Below are positions 25,201 to 36,779 of a stretch of DNA of 64,000 bases, piece after piece. Positions within the stretch are counted from its first letter, which is position 1. Every line of letters begins with the position of its first letter. The stretch spans positions 23,002,001 through 23,066,000 of the forward strand of contig JAQFVV010000005.1 in the NCBI GenBank assembly GCA_028023455.1. Direction: 5' to 3'. Made by a program: the position numbers and the translations under genes. Below the pieces are notes generated by a model. The model was given only the letters and a program-made list of their open reading frames with translations, did not search any database and was not told the DNA's origin. Origin of the DNA: Epiperipatus broadwayi. Taxonomy: Eukaryota > Animalia > Onychophora.

Positions 25201-25595
25201 ATTTTTAAAATGTGGACATCCTGACAGAAACACAGATAAAAGCTTTTAAAAAAGATTTAATATGAAGTATTGTATTTGCTTTTGTTTAGTGACAAAAGTC
25301 ACATTTTTGTCAATAGAGGGAACAAGTAGTCAACTGTTTCCAGTGGGGGGGGGCAAATATTTCAAGGAGCACACAGTTGAATTGTTTTTCACTAACAGAG
25401 AGAAGCAAGTAGTTTATTTTAAGTTAATCAGAATATTTTCCAAATAAATGCAAGATAAAAGCATCCAAGCAGTTGATACTAGGAAGATAGAAATGAAATT
25501 CTGCATGGTGAATGTTAATTTATGTCTTGATTTTTTTTTCTAATGATTTGCGAAATTTATTTTATATACTAATGTTATTTTATTTGTCTTTTCAG

Positions 25596-25730
25596 GTGCT
25601 TTTCTTATTCCTTATTTTATTATGTTAGTTTTATGTGGGTTCCCTCTTCTCTATATGGAGCTAGCAGTTGGGCAATATACAAGGCTAGGACCTATTGGAG
25701 CTTTGGAGAAAATATGCCCATTTTTTAAAG
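25596..25730 (+). CDS. ine: Internal coding exon (phase 1-1, 135 nt) of an SLC6/SNF Na+/Cl- dependent transporter, inebriated-like
   Basis: Acceptor TTGTCTTTTCAG and donor GTAAGT. Translation (G)[44 protein letters not shown](G) is SLC6 TM2; the GPIGAL..CP.FKG motif resembles Drosophila ine. Family call is strong; orthology is less certain. Confidence 0.9.
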
Positions 25731-26652
25731 GTAAGTCATTTTTACTCTAGGAAAATAAAATGAATTTAGTAATTACATATCACTGAAATGTAGTTCTAGT
25801 AATTTTAGCAAGACTGTAAATAAATTATGGCTTATCGCTAATAATATAAACTTATTCACGGTACAATTGTCTAAAAAAGTTACTGTGATAATTTCCAAAT
25901 TTATTTAAACGATTCTTTGGGGTCTGACATGTGCATTATCACAATAATATTTTGGATTTAATTATTTTGTGAATAAGTTTATTGAAATGTAATGCAATTA
26001 AAGTATATAGTAATGGAACAGACTTCCTGGTATGTAAATGGTTTGGTGAGGTCATCACAATGAAAACTGAGTGTATATTTATTATTTGTACCTATACATA
26101 CCACACACACATTGATTTCATGCTTAGGAGAGGAGAGGTTAAGAACCAACTAAATATTAATTACATACCTAACTTACCTCATCCATGTCGCATTTCATTT
26201 CTGTTATCCTGAGTTTCGAACCCGTGGAGATCCTGCGTGATCATCTATCTCAAGTTATATTAGTTTCACTTGAAATATGGATAGGGGTAAACATATGTAT
26301 GTATTTAATAATAGATGCGGATGTGACATTATGTGTAAAGACTAATGTTGAAGGTTGGCTATAGAAAACATAACAAGAATCGTAATTTAACCTTTGAATA
26401 AATTTAATAATTATATTTACAGTGATTGATATTTTAACAAACAAAATTTAAAACAAGATTATAAAATATTTGATTAGATGTTTATAGTTAGTTATTCTTT
26501 GTTTATAATTGGTTCCAAATATTATCCCAAACCCTGATCTCTCAAAGAATAGCCACTCCCTATTAACATAAATAAGATTTGTACTATGTGTAAGATTGCC
26601 ATAACCATCTCTACTTTCTAAAACTTATTGCTTGAAACTCTTAATTCATTTA

Positions 26653-27514
26653 TATTTGATGTTTTCATAGTTGAATGATGTAGATAAATTATTTTTTGGA
26701 TTAAACCGTGTATTATATTCCATTATGTACCGATATTTCATTGAACTAGCCTCTGCCATTGTCAAAGTTAACTTTTGAAAGAAAAATTGTTAGATCTCAA
26801 ACAGTAACGTGACTGAATGCGAGATGACAAATGAGATTCAGTTTAAAGTAGTTTACCATCCAAAATATGAGGCTTATCAAAATGTTTATTTCCCTCTGTT
26901 TTTTCATCTATTAATTTTAAGATAATATTAGAAGACAGAGATAAAATGAGGTTTCCACATAGCTAGAATACATTGAGCTTCATCAGCCCTATTTAAATAA
27001 GTAGGTCTCTTTAATATTTCAATTGACTCTCTCATGGTTCTTAAATCATACCTTTCCAAATTAGCAAGTATTTTTGCATTGTCAAAATCAATTGGTCACA
27101 TACCTGATTTTGACAAGGCGAAAATATTTGCTAATTTGGAAAGGTATGATTTAAAAACTATGAAAGAGTCAATTGAAATATTAAAGAGACCTACTGATTT
27201 AAATAGGGCTGATGAAGTTCTATGTATTCCAGCTATGTGGAAAGCTCTCCTTTTATGTCTGTCTTCTAATATTAACTTAAAATTAATAGGTGAAAAAACT
27301 GAGGGAAATAAACATTTTGATAAGCCTCATGTTTTGAATGCTAAACTACTTTAAGCTGAATCTCATTTCTCATCTCGCATTCAGTCACGTGATTGTTTGA
27401 GATCTAACAATTTTTCTTTCAAGAGTTAACCTTGACAGTGGTGGATGCTAGTTCGTCGAAATATCAGTATGTAATGGAAAATAATACACAGTTTAACCCA
27501 AAAAATAATTTATG
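26653..27514. mobile_element. Penelope-like element 3' end as a perfect-geometry palindrome
   Basis: About 400-bp inverted arms around a 14-nt loop (27091-27104). The plus arm encodes GHIPDFDKAKIFANLERYDLKTMKESIEILKRPTDLNRADEVLCIPAMWKALL, a PLE GIY-YIG C-terminus. Candidate TSD TTAATTCATTTA (26641-26652, 27515-27526). Confidence 0.75.
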
Positions 27515-29299
27515 TTAATTCATTTATTTTAAGTAATTTAGGTTTCCTATTTGTCATCGTGGTGATTAGAGATTCCCTGTATTATGTATAACTCTCATAA
27601 TACAGACAAGAGGAAGATCATTTATGACATAGATAATTAACCAAATATGCTGAAAACATTTAATACAATTGTTAATATGAACAAACAAGGAAAATGTATG
27701 TATACCAAGTATATACTTGTTTGGATTAAATACGTATTAGATAACATCTTAACTTTGTTCTTTGATGATGATCAGGTTAGTATGCAATAAAGCACTCATT
27801 GTAAATTATATTTTATTAGGCTTACATTACAAGTGAAAATAGATATTAACCCTTTTTGCTCCTATATTAAAGTAAATAAAAATTATAATATCTAATATAC
27901 AAATAAATAAAGTGAATGATGTCAACTTTAACTTGGGTTTTGAATTTTATAAGAAAGAGTGTCCTATTGAATCCTTCCAGTAATCCACGTAATCCATTTT
28001 AAGCATAAATAATAGCTCATAGATGTCCTAGAACATCCATCAGGTAAGTTTTTTTTGATAGCCTTGGAATCTCTGTTTTGAAATGGAGAATTATAGGATT
28101 CATTCATTACGGATTGACTTTATGTTTCTTGGGGCAGGTATGGAGTAATGGGTCACTTCCATCCCAATTCTGACAAGTCATAGTTCCATGGACAACTTTC
28201 CCCGATATAGTTTTTGCACTTTTCAATGCATATTTGTTTTCATCATTAATTATATTTTGCTTTAATGATTTGTTTTGAGTGGAATAAAATCAATAATTTT
28301 TATATTATTTTATACCCTCGAATCTAGATATTGCGATCTATAACTGAGAATTGCCAATATTTTGTAAGTTTGAATACTTTAAATTTACTTGCAAAGACTT
28401 TAATTTCAAATTCTTTATTTAGTTAACTTTAATTCTCTACATTCGCTCTCGCTTTCTTAGATATTTAAATATTGATTTTTGATTGCATTGTCACTCAAAC
28501 TTGGTTGATGTTTATCTTCGAATTTTAAATTTGAATCCTCTACATGTGACTTTGTAAGTTCTTCCGCAGATAGGAAATTTTTATCCTTTTTTTTTGAGAA
28601 AAAGCTTGTCGTTCAACTCATAAGTTCATGATCATCATTTCAATCCATTGTTAATGTCATTTTTAATGAATATTAGTATAAATAGTTTGTTAATAACAAT
28701 AAAAAAATTTGTTTAATACTTTTTTTACTTTAGTATTAGTTTTTATTTCTTGATTGAATTCATTCATCCAATCTTAGTTACCATGCATTGTTATATTGTG
28801 TCTGGAATCGTAACACATTTAACAAGATGGTAATTGTCAGAGTATTGGATAATTTGATTTAAGTATTTGTTTACAGTATAATTAAGTTGGGATTTAAAAT
28901 GTGAATTGTAATTAGTGATTTGTCAATTTGTGTACTTTAACATTTACTAATCTAGCAATTAATAAATAATACTAATATCATCCTTGGATTCAGATTGGGC
29001 TATAGGGTGTACTAGGCATTGGAAGGAGGTTAGGGATATTCATAACAATATATTATACTTGTATTTAAATATGAAATGTAGTGTGTAATTTTTAAAATTC
29101 TAAGTGGCAATGGTCAGATTGTGCAGGGCACAAAGGCGCTTCATCAATAGGGGCACCATGTCTACACGATAATGTAATAGAAAATGTTATATTTCTGAAT
29201 TATTCCATTGATAGAAACCTTTTCTGATTATAAAAATAAGAGGATTACTTTTCTACTTAGTCTTGTGACAATTGTTGAAAATAGATTATGTATTATATA

Positions 29300-30548
29300 A
29301 TGTTTTCCTGAAGGTTTGTGATGATGATGTTTTAGTTGTATTCATATATTGGATTATTTCCATCATCTAATATAAGTATTGAATGTCTTTAGAAAAAATT
29401 AACTTTATTTAAATATTCCAAATACATTTAACTGTTAGTAATGGCACACAGATGAATGTATGCACAATGTTTCGAGAGGTATTATTCTCCCATCTTCTTT
29501 AGGTGTTGCTGACCAGGGACAGTACTAGTATGGGAATCGAACCTGGACCTTTAAATTCTCAAGTATTGAAATTTTAAGGTAGCACTCTAACCAACTGAAC
29601 CATCCTGCCAAAGGCAACAGTTAGTAGAAATTTTATATACTTTTTTCCTAAGAGCAAAGTTAATCAGTGGTTTCCATACATTATGTATAGTCACACTAGG
29701 CTGACTTATGGGATTGTTTGCCATTGTTATTTGAACAGCTTCTTTAAATTTTCTTCTTTGTACCCCTTCTTCTCTATCCAATATTTTTGTATTTTCCCAA
29801 TTGAACATATCTTCTAATTATCCGTTTGTGTTCTTGCAAACAGTTTTCAATGGGACGACTGGTTTCATCAATGTACATTTTTCCACATTTACATGGCATT
29901 TCATAGATGCAGTTTTTTCTTTTCAGCATTTGAAATTTGCACTTTGTAGATGTTAGAATTTCTCATACTGTAGTATGGCTCTGGAAAGTGGTCAGATGTT
30001 ATACTGATTGCAGATTAGAAGAGAGAAAACAGATGTTTGAGGTAGCAGACCATGTATGTATCAATGAATATATGTTCAAGTGGGGAAATACAAAAATATT
30101 GGATAGAGAAAAAAAGGTACAAAGAAGAAAATTTAAAGAAGTTGCTCACATGACAATGGCAAACAATCCCATAAGTCAACCTAGTGTGACTATACATAAT
30201 GTATGGAAACAACTTTACTCTTAGGAAAAAGTGGGGAAATCAGCGGGAACCTCATAGATAAGTATATGAAATTTTTACTGACTGTTGCCTTTGGTTAGAG
30301 TGTTATCTTCAAATTCAATACATGAGAATCTAAGGGTCCATGTTAAATTCCCATGCTAGTACTGTCACTGATCAGGCCAGAAACACCTGAAAAAGAGGAG
30401 AGAATAATACCTCATGAAACGTGCATATACTAACCTGTGTGCTATTACTAACAGTTGAATGTATTTGGAATATTTAAGAGTTAAATTTTTTTAAAGACAT
30501 TCAATACTTATATTAGATGATAAGAATAGTCCAATATATAAATGCAAC
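29300..30548. mobile_element. Penelope-like element (GIY-YIG endonuclease end plus 3' UTR), fold-back insertion
   Basis: Minus arm: NCIYEMPCKCGKMYIDETSRPIENCLQEHKR and FNWENTKILDREEGVQRRKFKEAVQI...VWKPL. The plus arm (about 29960-30548) is homologous. 13-bp TSD TATGTATTATATA (29287-29299, 30549-30561). Confidence 0.9.
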
Positions 30549-30745
30549 TATGTATTATATACTGCTAAGCCAAAACATATTGGCGTTTTCATGATAAATA
30601 ACAAAATTTATATGTAAATGGAAATGTTTACATTTCTGAATCATTTTTATTTAAGTATTCTAATTTATATTAAAAGTGACACATTACTATCAAGAATTTG
30701 TTTAAAAAATATTGCCCCACAATAATTATAGTAATTCTGCAATAT

Positions 30746-31750
30746 TAAAACAGGCAAAACTCTCCATACAATATTGCCACTCAGTGCAAGCCAGAGTAAT
30801 CAATGGATGCCAGAAGGCTTGTGCATAAAATCTCAATCTAGTGCCTACTCATCCAATATCCCCAGACTAGTTTCTGGCTTGTGGTCTTCATCAATGAGGA
30901 ACCTTGGATCTGAGAGCACTGCAGCTAGATCCTAGGATCTAATGCAACCCTCCAGCAGCCACTTTTTATCTCTACTTAACTACAAAACTATGAGAATAAA
31001 ATTGAAAACACAATAGTATTTTCAATCTAAGCTCAATTGCTTATATAGTCATATGGGTCTGAACTCAATACAATATCCATACATTTTGGTGTCTTTGGCT
31101 CTTTAACAACCATAGCCACCACTTTCCTCTTAGCCAAATTGATTTTAAACCAATAAACATCACATGATCACCAGTTTTTATGCTTGCTTACAATTGTTAT
31201 TAAAACAGGCAAAACTCTCTATACAGTATTGCCACTCAATGCAAGCCAAAGTAATCAATACATAAGAACTGGTGATCATGTGATGTTTATTGGCTTAAAA
31301 CCAATCCTGCCTAATAGGATAATGATGATTATGGTTATTAAAGAACCAAAGACATCAAAATGTATGGGTACTGAACTGAGTTCGAACCCGTATGACTATG
31401 TAAGCTAATGAGCTTGGATTGAAAATATTATTTTTTTCAATTTAAGACTCATAGTTTTGTAGTTAAGTAGAGATAAAAGATGGCTAGTCGAGGGTTGCAT
31501 TAGATCCTAGGATCTAGGTGCAATGCTGTCAGAGCTAAAGCTCCTTACTGATGAAGACCACAAGCCAAAAACTAGTCTGAGGATATTGGATGAATAGGCA
31601 CTATAAGAGGATTTTATGCACAACTCTTCTGGCGTCCATTGATTACTCTGGCTTGCACTGAGTGGCAATACTGTATGGAGAGTTTTGCCTGTTTTAATAA
31701 CAGTTATAAGCAAGCATAAGAACTGGTGATCGTGTGATGTGTATTGGCTT
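30746..31750. mobile_element. Family A full-length fold-back insertion (about 455-nt monomer)
   Basis: Left arm period 455 (CAGGCAAAACTCTC at 30751 and 31206), right arm period 454 (CATAAGAACTGGTGATC at 31261 and 31715). Hammerheads at 30860-30899 (-) and 31543-31582 (+). TSD ATTCTGCARTAT (30734-30745, 31751-31762). Confidence 0.85.
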
Positions 31751-34374
31751 ATTCTGCAGTATGTTAGACAACAGTTGTATAGTAGGTATAACATTTATCA
31801 ATCATATTTTATAAGTATCAGTATAGGATATTTGATGTAACACAGTGGTAGATTGTGAGACTACGAAATATGTGTATCTAGGATCAATTCCAGTACTGTT
31901 TTGAAAGTTTTTTAATGCCATTTTTTTTTTATATATATTTTATTAATCTGCTTTTTCTTGGATATGGACTATCATGTGGTTTGTTATCTAGCTAAAATTT
32001 TTTTAATTAATCCATAATTTTACCCAAACTGCATGATGGTTCAAGTCCAAGGAAAAAAGAATTAAAATTTTTTTTAAAAGATGTTATTAAAATGAAATTA
32101 TGATTTATTTTAAAGTCGTTGTATTGATTATAACAATCATGCCTCACTTGAAGACTTTTAAATGGTCACTCTATTAGGAAAGTGCTTAGAAAATCTTTAT
32201 CTAATAAAACAATTGTTTGATTATCATTAATATAACCATCATTAAACAAAAGAAAGTATGGAGCATGGTAATGACTTCTAAACTTTCATTGAATAAACAG
32301 TGTAAGTATGACAATTTAAAATTTCCTCTCTTAAGTAAAAGTATTGTAAATCCTGAAGACATAGATATTGGACTATATAGCATGTATGAAGTAATATATA
32401 GCTTGTACAATATGAATAAGTTATACTGAAGTAATAAACACATAAAAGATTAAATCATGAAGTAATGTAAATATTCTATTACTGATCAAATATTTGAGAA
32501 GGTAATTCTATTAATAAGAACACAAATTATGCACAAGAGATTCCGAATTAAACCAAAAAGTAACAAACAAGAATTAATTTTCACAAACATAGTGATTAGA
32601 GTTGATCTTCTTAATATCAATCGTTACTTAACACATGGAAAATTTCTAGAAGTTATTTTGTGGCTGTCAAAGACAAAACAGTTAATATGTAAATAAAAAT
32701 TAAATAATTATAGTTTTTTAATGTTCTATTGTTTCTGCATCTTTTGTTAAACAACATTCAGTTTGTTTTAATTTACAAATTTTATTTCATGGGAAAGGGG
32801 GTACTGGAATTTAATTACACAAAAGTGACTCTTATCTATATGGTGGTTCTGCTTGTCTATACCTATTTTATTATGATAATGGAAATAATTCTATGATTGG
32901 CTTAAGACGTTTGATGTCATTTATAAATTGAATGGAGACTTAAGTTCTCTGAAAGCGCTTAGCCATATAACTTTTTAATAATATTTTAGACAAGCTTCAC
33001 TTTTTTGCGTAAAGCGCAATTTAAATTACTTACTACTCAAAGGTGAAGTAGAAAACTAGTATTTTATTTTAAATATCATATAATAATTCATGGAGTACTA
33101 CAGAAATTTGAAATATTTATTAAACACATATTGTTAGGTTTGCGACTTTATTCATTGGTAATCCCCATTCTCAACAAAATTATATTAATATTTAATTTAT
33201 TTAGTGGACTCTAGATGCCACTGACAACAGACTTGTTTGATTAAATGCCCTTTTGTGACTGATGAACTGCATTTATTCAATAGCTTCAGAATGATTTAAA
33301 GTACAAAAACTTAAAGTTGAAACTATCAGGCTTTTAGTTTCGATAGCTATTAAGCAGAGCCTATCATCACCTAGTTTTTTTTTAACGTAATCAGTTAGAG
33401 CAATTGATTGTGAGTAAACTTAAAGTTTTTTGCACCATCCTTTCCAAATTAAGTCTTGTAATTGGATGTGGTTTTTTTTTTTTTTTTTTGGGTGTATTTT
33501 GAAGCAAGCTTTAGGTTCATATTTTTGTTCTTTAACTTTCCTGTAATACTTCCATTGTTTGATTCTGCATAGATTCATTTTGTATTTGTTTTGGCATATA
33601 CTGTATATTTTTATAATTTTAACTATTTACTCTATATAATAATTCTGTATGTACAGTTTTCATAGTTTAACAGGCAGATCTTAGTAATTGTATAAAGCAA
33701 ACAAAATTATTTTACATAAAAATGGTTATATAAACTTTTGGCTTGTGTTTATTAATATTTAAGGTTTGGCATGGTTGATTAAAGAGGTTTATTTAAAACA
33801 GTCATGTGAACCACAGTCTATTATTCAGAAGTTAACTATTATATATCTGAGTGCATTTTCTGAGAAGTCATAATATAGAAATTTTTATTTTATTCACAGA
33901 TAATGGTACTTTTGTATTTATGGATTGGACTTTATTCACAATATAGAGATTCTTTATTTCTTATTTCTTTCATTTTCTTTGAAAAAAGTGAGATAAAGAG
34001 GAGAATTAAAGAATTTATATTATTGAAAATTAATTGTACTGAAGCTATTAACTTATTTAAGAATTCTTTTAAGATAAATGGAATGTAATTAAGAATTATG
34101 GGAAATTTTCATTTTTAAATTTTGGTAGTTTTTAGTGCTGAATTTAATGTAATTTGTTGATATATGTGTTGTTTGCATATATAAATTGTATATTATCATA
34201 TTTTTGATTAACATTTATGTTTTTTAATCGATATGATTTTACTTGAAAAGTCATCATAGTTTTTTGTATTATTTCTATTGTTTTATTCTCTTTATGTTTC
34301 TACTGTTTAATAATCTTCTTTTGGGTTATAAATGACAATATGCGTACATATATTTATATGTGTATATATTATAC

Positions 34375-34920
34375 ATATCATCATCATTATCAACCATTAT
34401 CAATCCAATGCAGGATGAAAGTCTCTCCAAATTGAATTCATCTTCTCTAATTCCTAGCCTCTCTTCTCCACATCACCCCTGCACACTTTCTTATTTCATT
34501 CATCCATTTCGTATGTGGTCTCTTTCTGGGTCTTTTACGATTTCTTTGAATTCAGTTAAAGATTTCAATTGTTTATCTATTATCATTTCTTCCAGAAATA
34601 TGTCCAGCCCAACTCCATTTCAGTCTTTTAAATTCTTTCAACGATATCAGTAACATCTGTTTGTTCTCTTAACCATATATTGTGTTTTCGATCTCTTCTT
34701 GTTACTCCTAACATACATCTCTCCATACTTCTTTGAGTGGTCTGAAGTCTCTGTATTGCTCTTCTATTAAGTGTCCAAGTCTCAGATACATAAGTAAAAA
34801 CTGGTAAAACACATTTATTAAAAACCTTTTCAAACACATAGGTATCTTTCCTTTTAGTATTATTTCTACCAAAAGCACTCCTACTAAGTTTAATTCTGTG
34901 ATTAATTTCATCCATTATGT
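34375..34920 (-). mobile_element. RTE-clade LINE 3' end
   Basis: ORF 34628-34915 RIKLSRSAFGR...VFNKCVLPVFTYVSETWTL; same family as 11238-11715. Confidence 0.9.
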
Positions 34921-35229
34921 TTTCATCTGTAGTTAATAATAATTGAAATTATACATGTACATCGTTTTATTTATTGATTAATGATTTAAAAACCAAATAT
35001 ATGAAATCTTAAGATAATTGAAATATAGGGAGAAAATAAAATAACATTGATTCAAACATTGTTGAATTGGTTGTATATTTTAAATTATATCAAGAATTTA
35101 TTGATTTGCTAGAAAACAGGTTTATTGACTCAAAAGTCTCTCCTGGTAGTAACAAAACATTTGATTATTGCTACTGATAATTCATGGATTGTCTGTGGTT
35201 GTTATAACTCTGTGTGTGCAGATTATGTG

Positions 35230-35720
35230 TATATACTTGTAAAATGTGAATAAATTTAACCTTCATTACACTCTAGAAAATTTATATATCATAAGCATGC
35301 AATGGACTTTAATGTATACTAAAATATTCAGATTAATGCAGAAACTGAACTAATATAAAAACTGCAGACAATCTAGCAATGTGTGTGTGTGAATCAAGGA
35401 TTTGTTATGGCTTACATGTAAAGAATTTATACACACACCAATTGAAATAACGTCTGCAATTAATGATCTTGTTTCTAAGATTAAATGCTTTAATTTTCAT
35501 CTATTTACTATTTTGTTATGAGTGAATAAACTTCTGTTTAAGCTTTATTTGCATTAATGTTTCTTTATTCCAAATTATTGATGCAACCCAGTTATTATTG
35601 TATATAATATCTCTGGGAACACCAAAGATTGGCCCAGTTAATAGTAGAAGGATCTGTAAAGAAGTACTGCAACCTATAGAGTTAGAAAGTCAAAAAGAAA
35701 TCTTATTACTGTTGCTAAAA
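35230..35720 (+). repeat. Possible 5' LTR relic of the Gypsy element at 36780-40480
   Basis: Direct similarity to 40590-40770 plus 41730-41900 and to 41910-42300 (e.g. CTCTAGAAAATT...TAAAATATTCAGATTAAT..AGAAACTG). Confidence 0.4.
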
Positions 35721-35779
35721 AGAATGTTGTGGTTGATCTTCTATATGAAAAATGGCATTAAAGAATAATTCTATACTCT

Positions 35780-36720
35780 TTTTACATATTTAATTCCTTT
35801 ATTATTAAACCAATGCTCATACAATCATTTCTTGACAATTAACAGTTTCGATCATCCATGCAATCTTCCTCAGAACTACAAAATATGTACATACAAACTA
35901 TATACATATATGTATATACACACAAAAAATATATAAATACATTACATATATATATACACAAATTATACATATATATATAGTCATAAAGATACAAGCATAT
36001 ACCTATGTATTTCTAAATACACGAATATTTATAAATAAATAAAAAAAATAAAACCTCTAAAATTTAAATCTAATCTTTATCTTTTTTTCTTTTATTATAA
36101 TTCTATTCCTTAATTTTAAAATCTTAATTTTTTTATTTAATAATTTTAAAATTTTTTTATTTTATAAACCTTAAAACTCTTATTCTATTCTTTATATTAT
36201 AGTAATTCGTTTTTATTTACTCTATTATATCCTTACTTCACATTACTTTAATTTATTACTTTATATTCTTTATATTAATTAATTCCATACTATCATTTTT
36301 AATTATTTATTCTATTTAATCTTCCTTTTTAATAATATCCTATATCTTATAGTCATATTCCCTAATTTTCAATTATATTAGTATCCTATTTTTATACCAA
36401 ATTCTTCTTAAAACATATCTTACTTATTTTCTTTATATTAATATTAAATTACTAATTAATTTTAATTTTTAATTTTACCATTAATCCTCTTGAATCTTTT
36501 CCCTCTTCTCTTTCCTTTCTCACAACTAAAACATTTTTTTCTATTTAAATGTACATTCAAATTTATATCTTCTATACTTTGGCTCCATTTATTACCTTTT
36601 TTATCATTCAATTTTTAAATCTCAATTCTTAATTCTAATTTTAATTATTTTTTAAATTTCACATTAAAATTTTTCTCAATCCCAAATCTCTATTCATTTT
36701 AGGCCTAATAGTATTTATAT
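35780..36720 (-). mobile_element. Heavily decayed Penelope-like segment with hammerhead-like motif
   Basis: Minus strand IRPKMNRDLG at about 36680-36710; GTAGTT-CTGAGGA-AGATTGCATGGATGATC-GAAA-CTGTT-AATTGT at 35835-35879, followed by AATAAA. Confidence 0.4.
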
Positions 36721-36779
36721 AAATAGCATCTTATTATTTATATAAATAATTTTATACCTGAATTTGATGTAAATAACAC

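Noticed and set aside
28004-28049. Perfect donor CAG|GTAAGT suggesting a microexon or ratchet point
   Set aside because: No pyrimidine tract directly upstream, and the possible 40-nt exon does not resemble SLC6.
27950-28720. Possible gag/ORF1 relic on the minus strand (C..W...DP..HTC)
   Set aside because: Motif too weak and interrupted to support a call.
2046-31582. Selective inactivation of hammerheads on the gene's sense strand
   Set aside because: Copies on both strands carry core mutations and the sample is too small to claim asymmetry.
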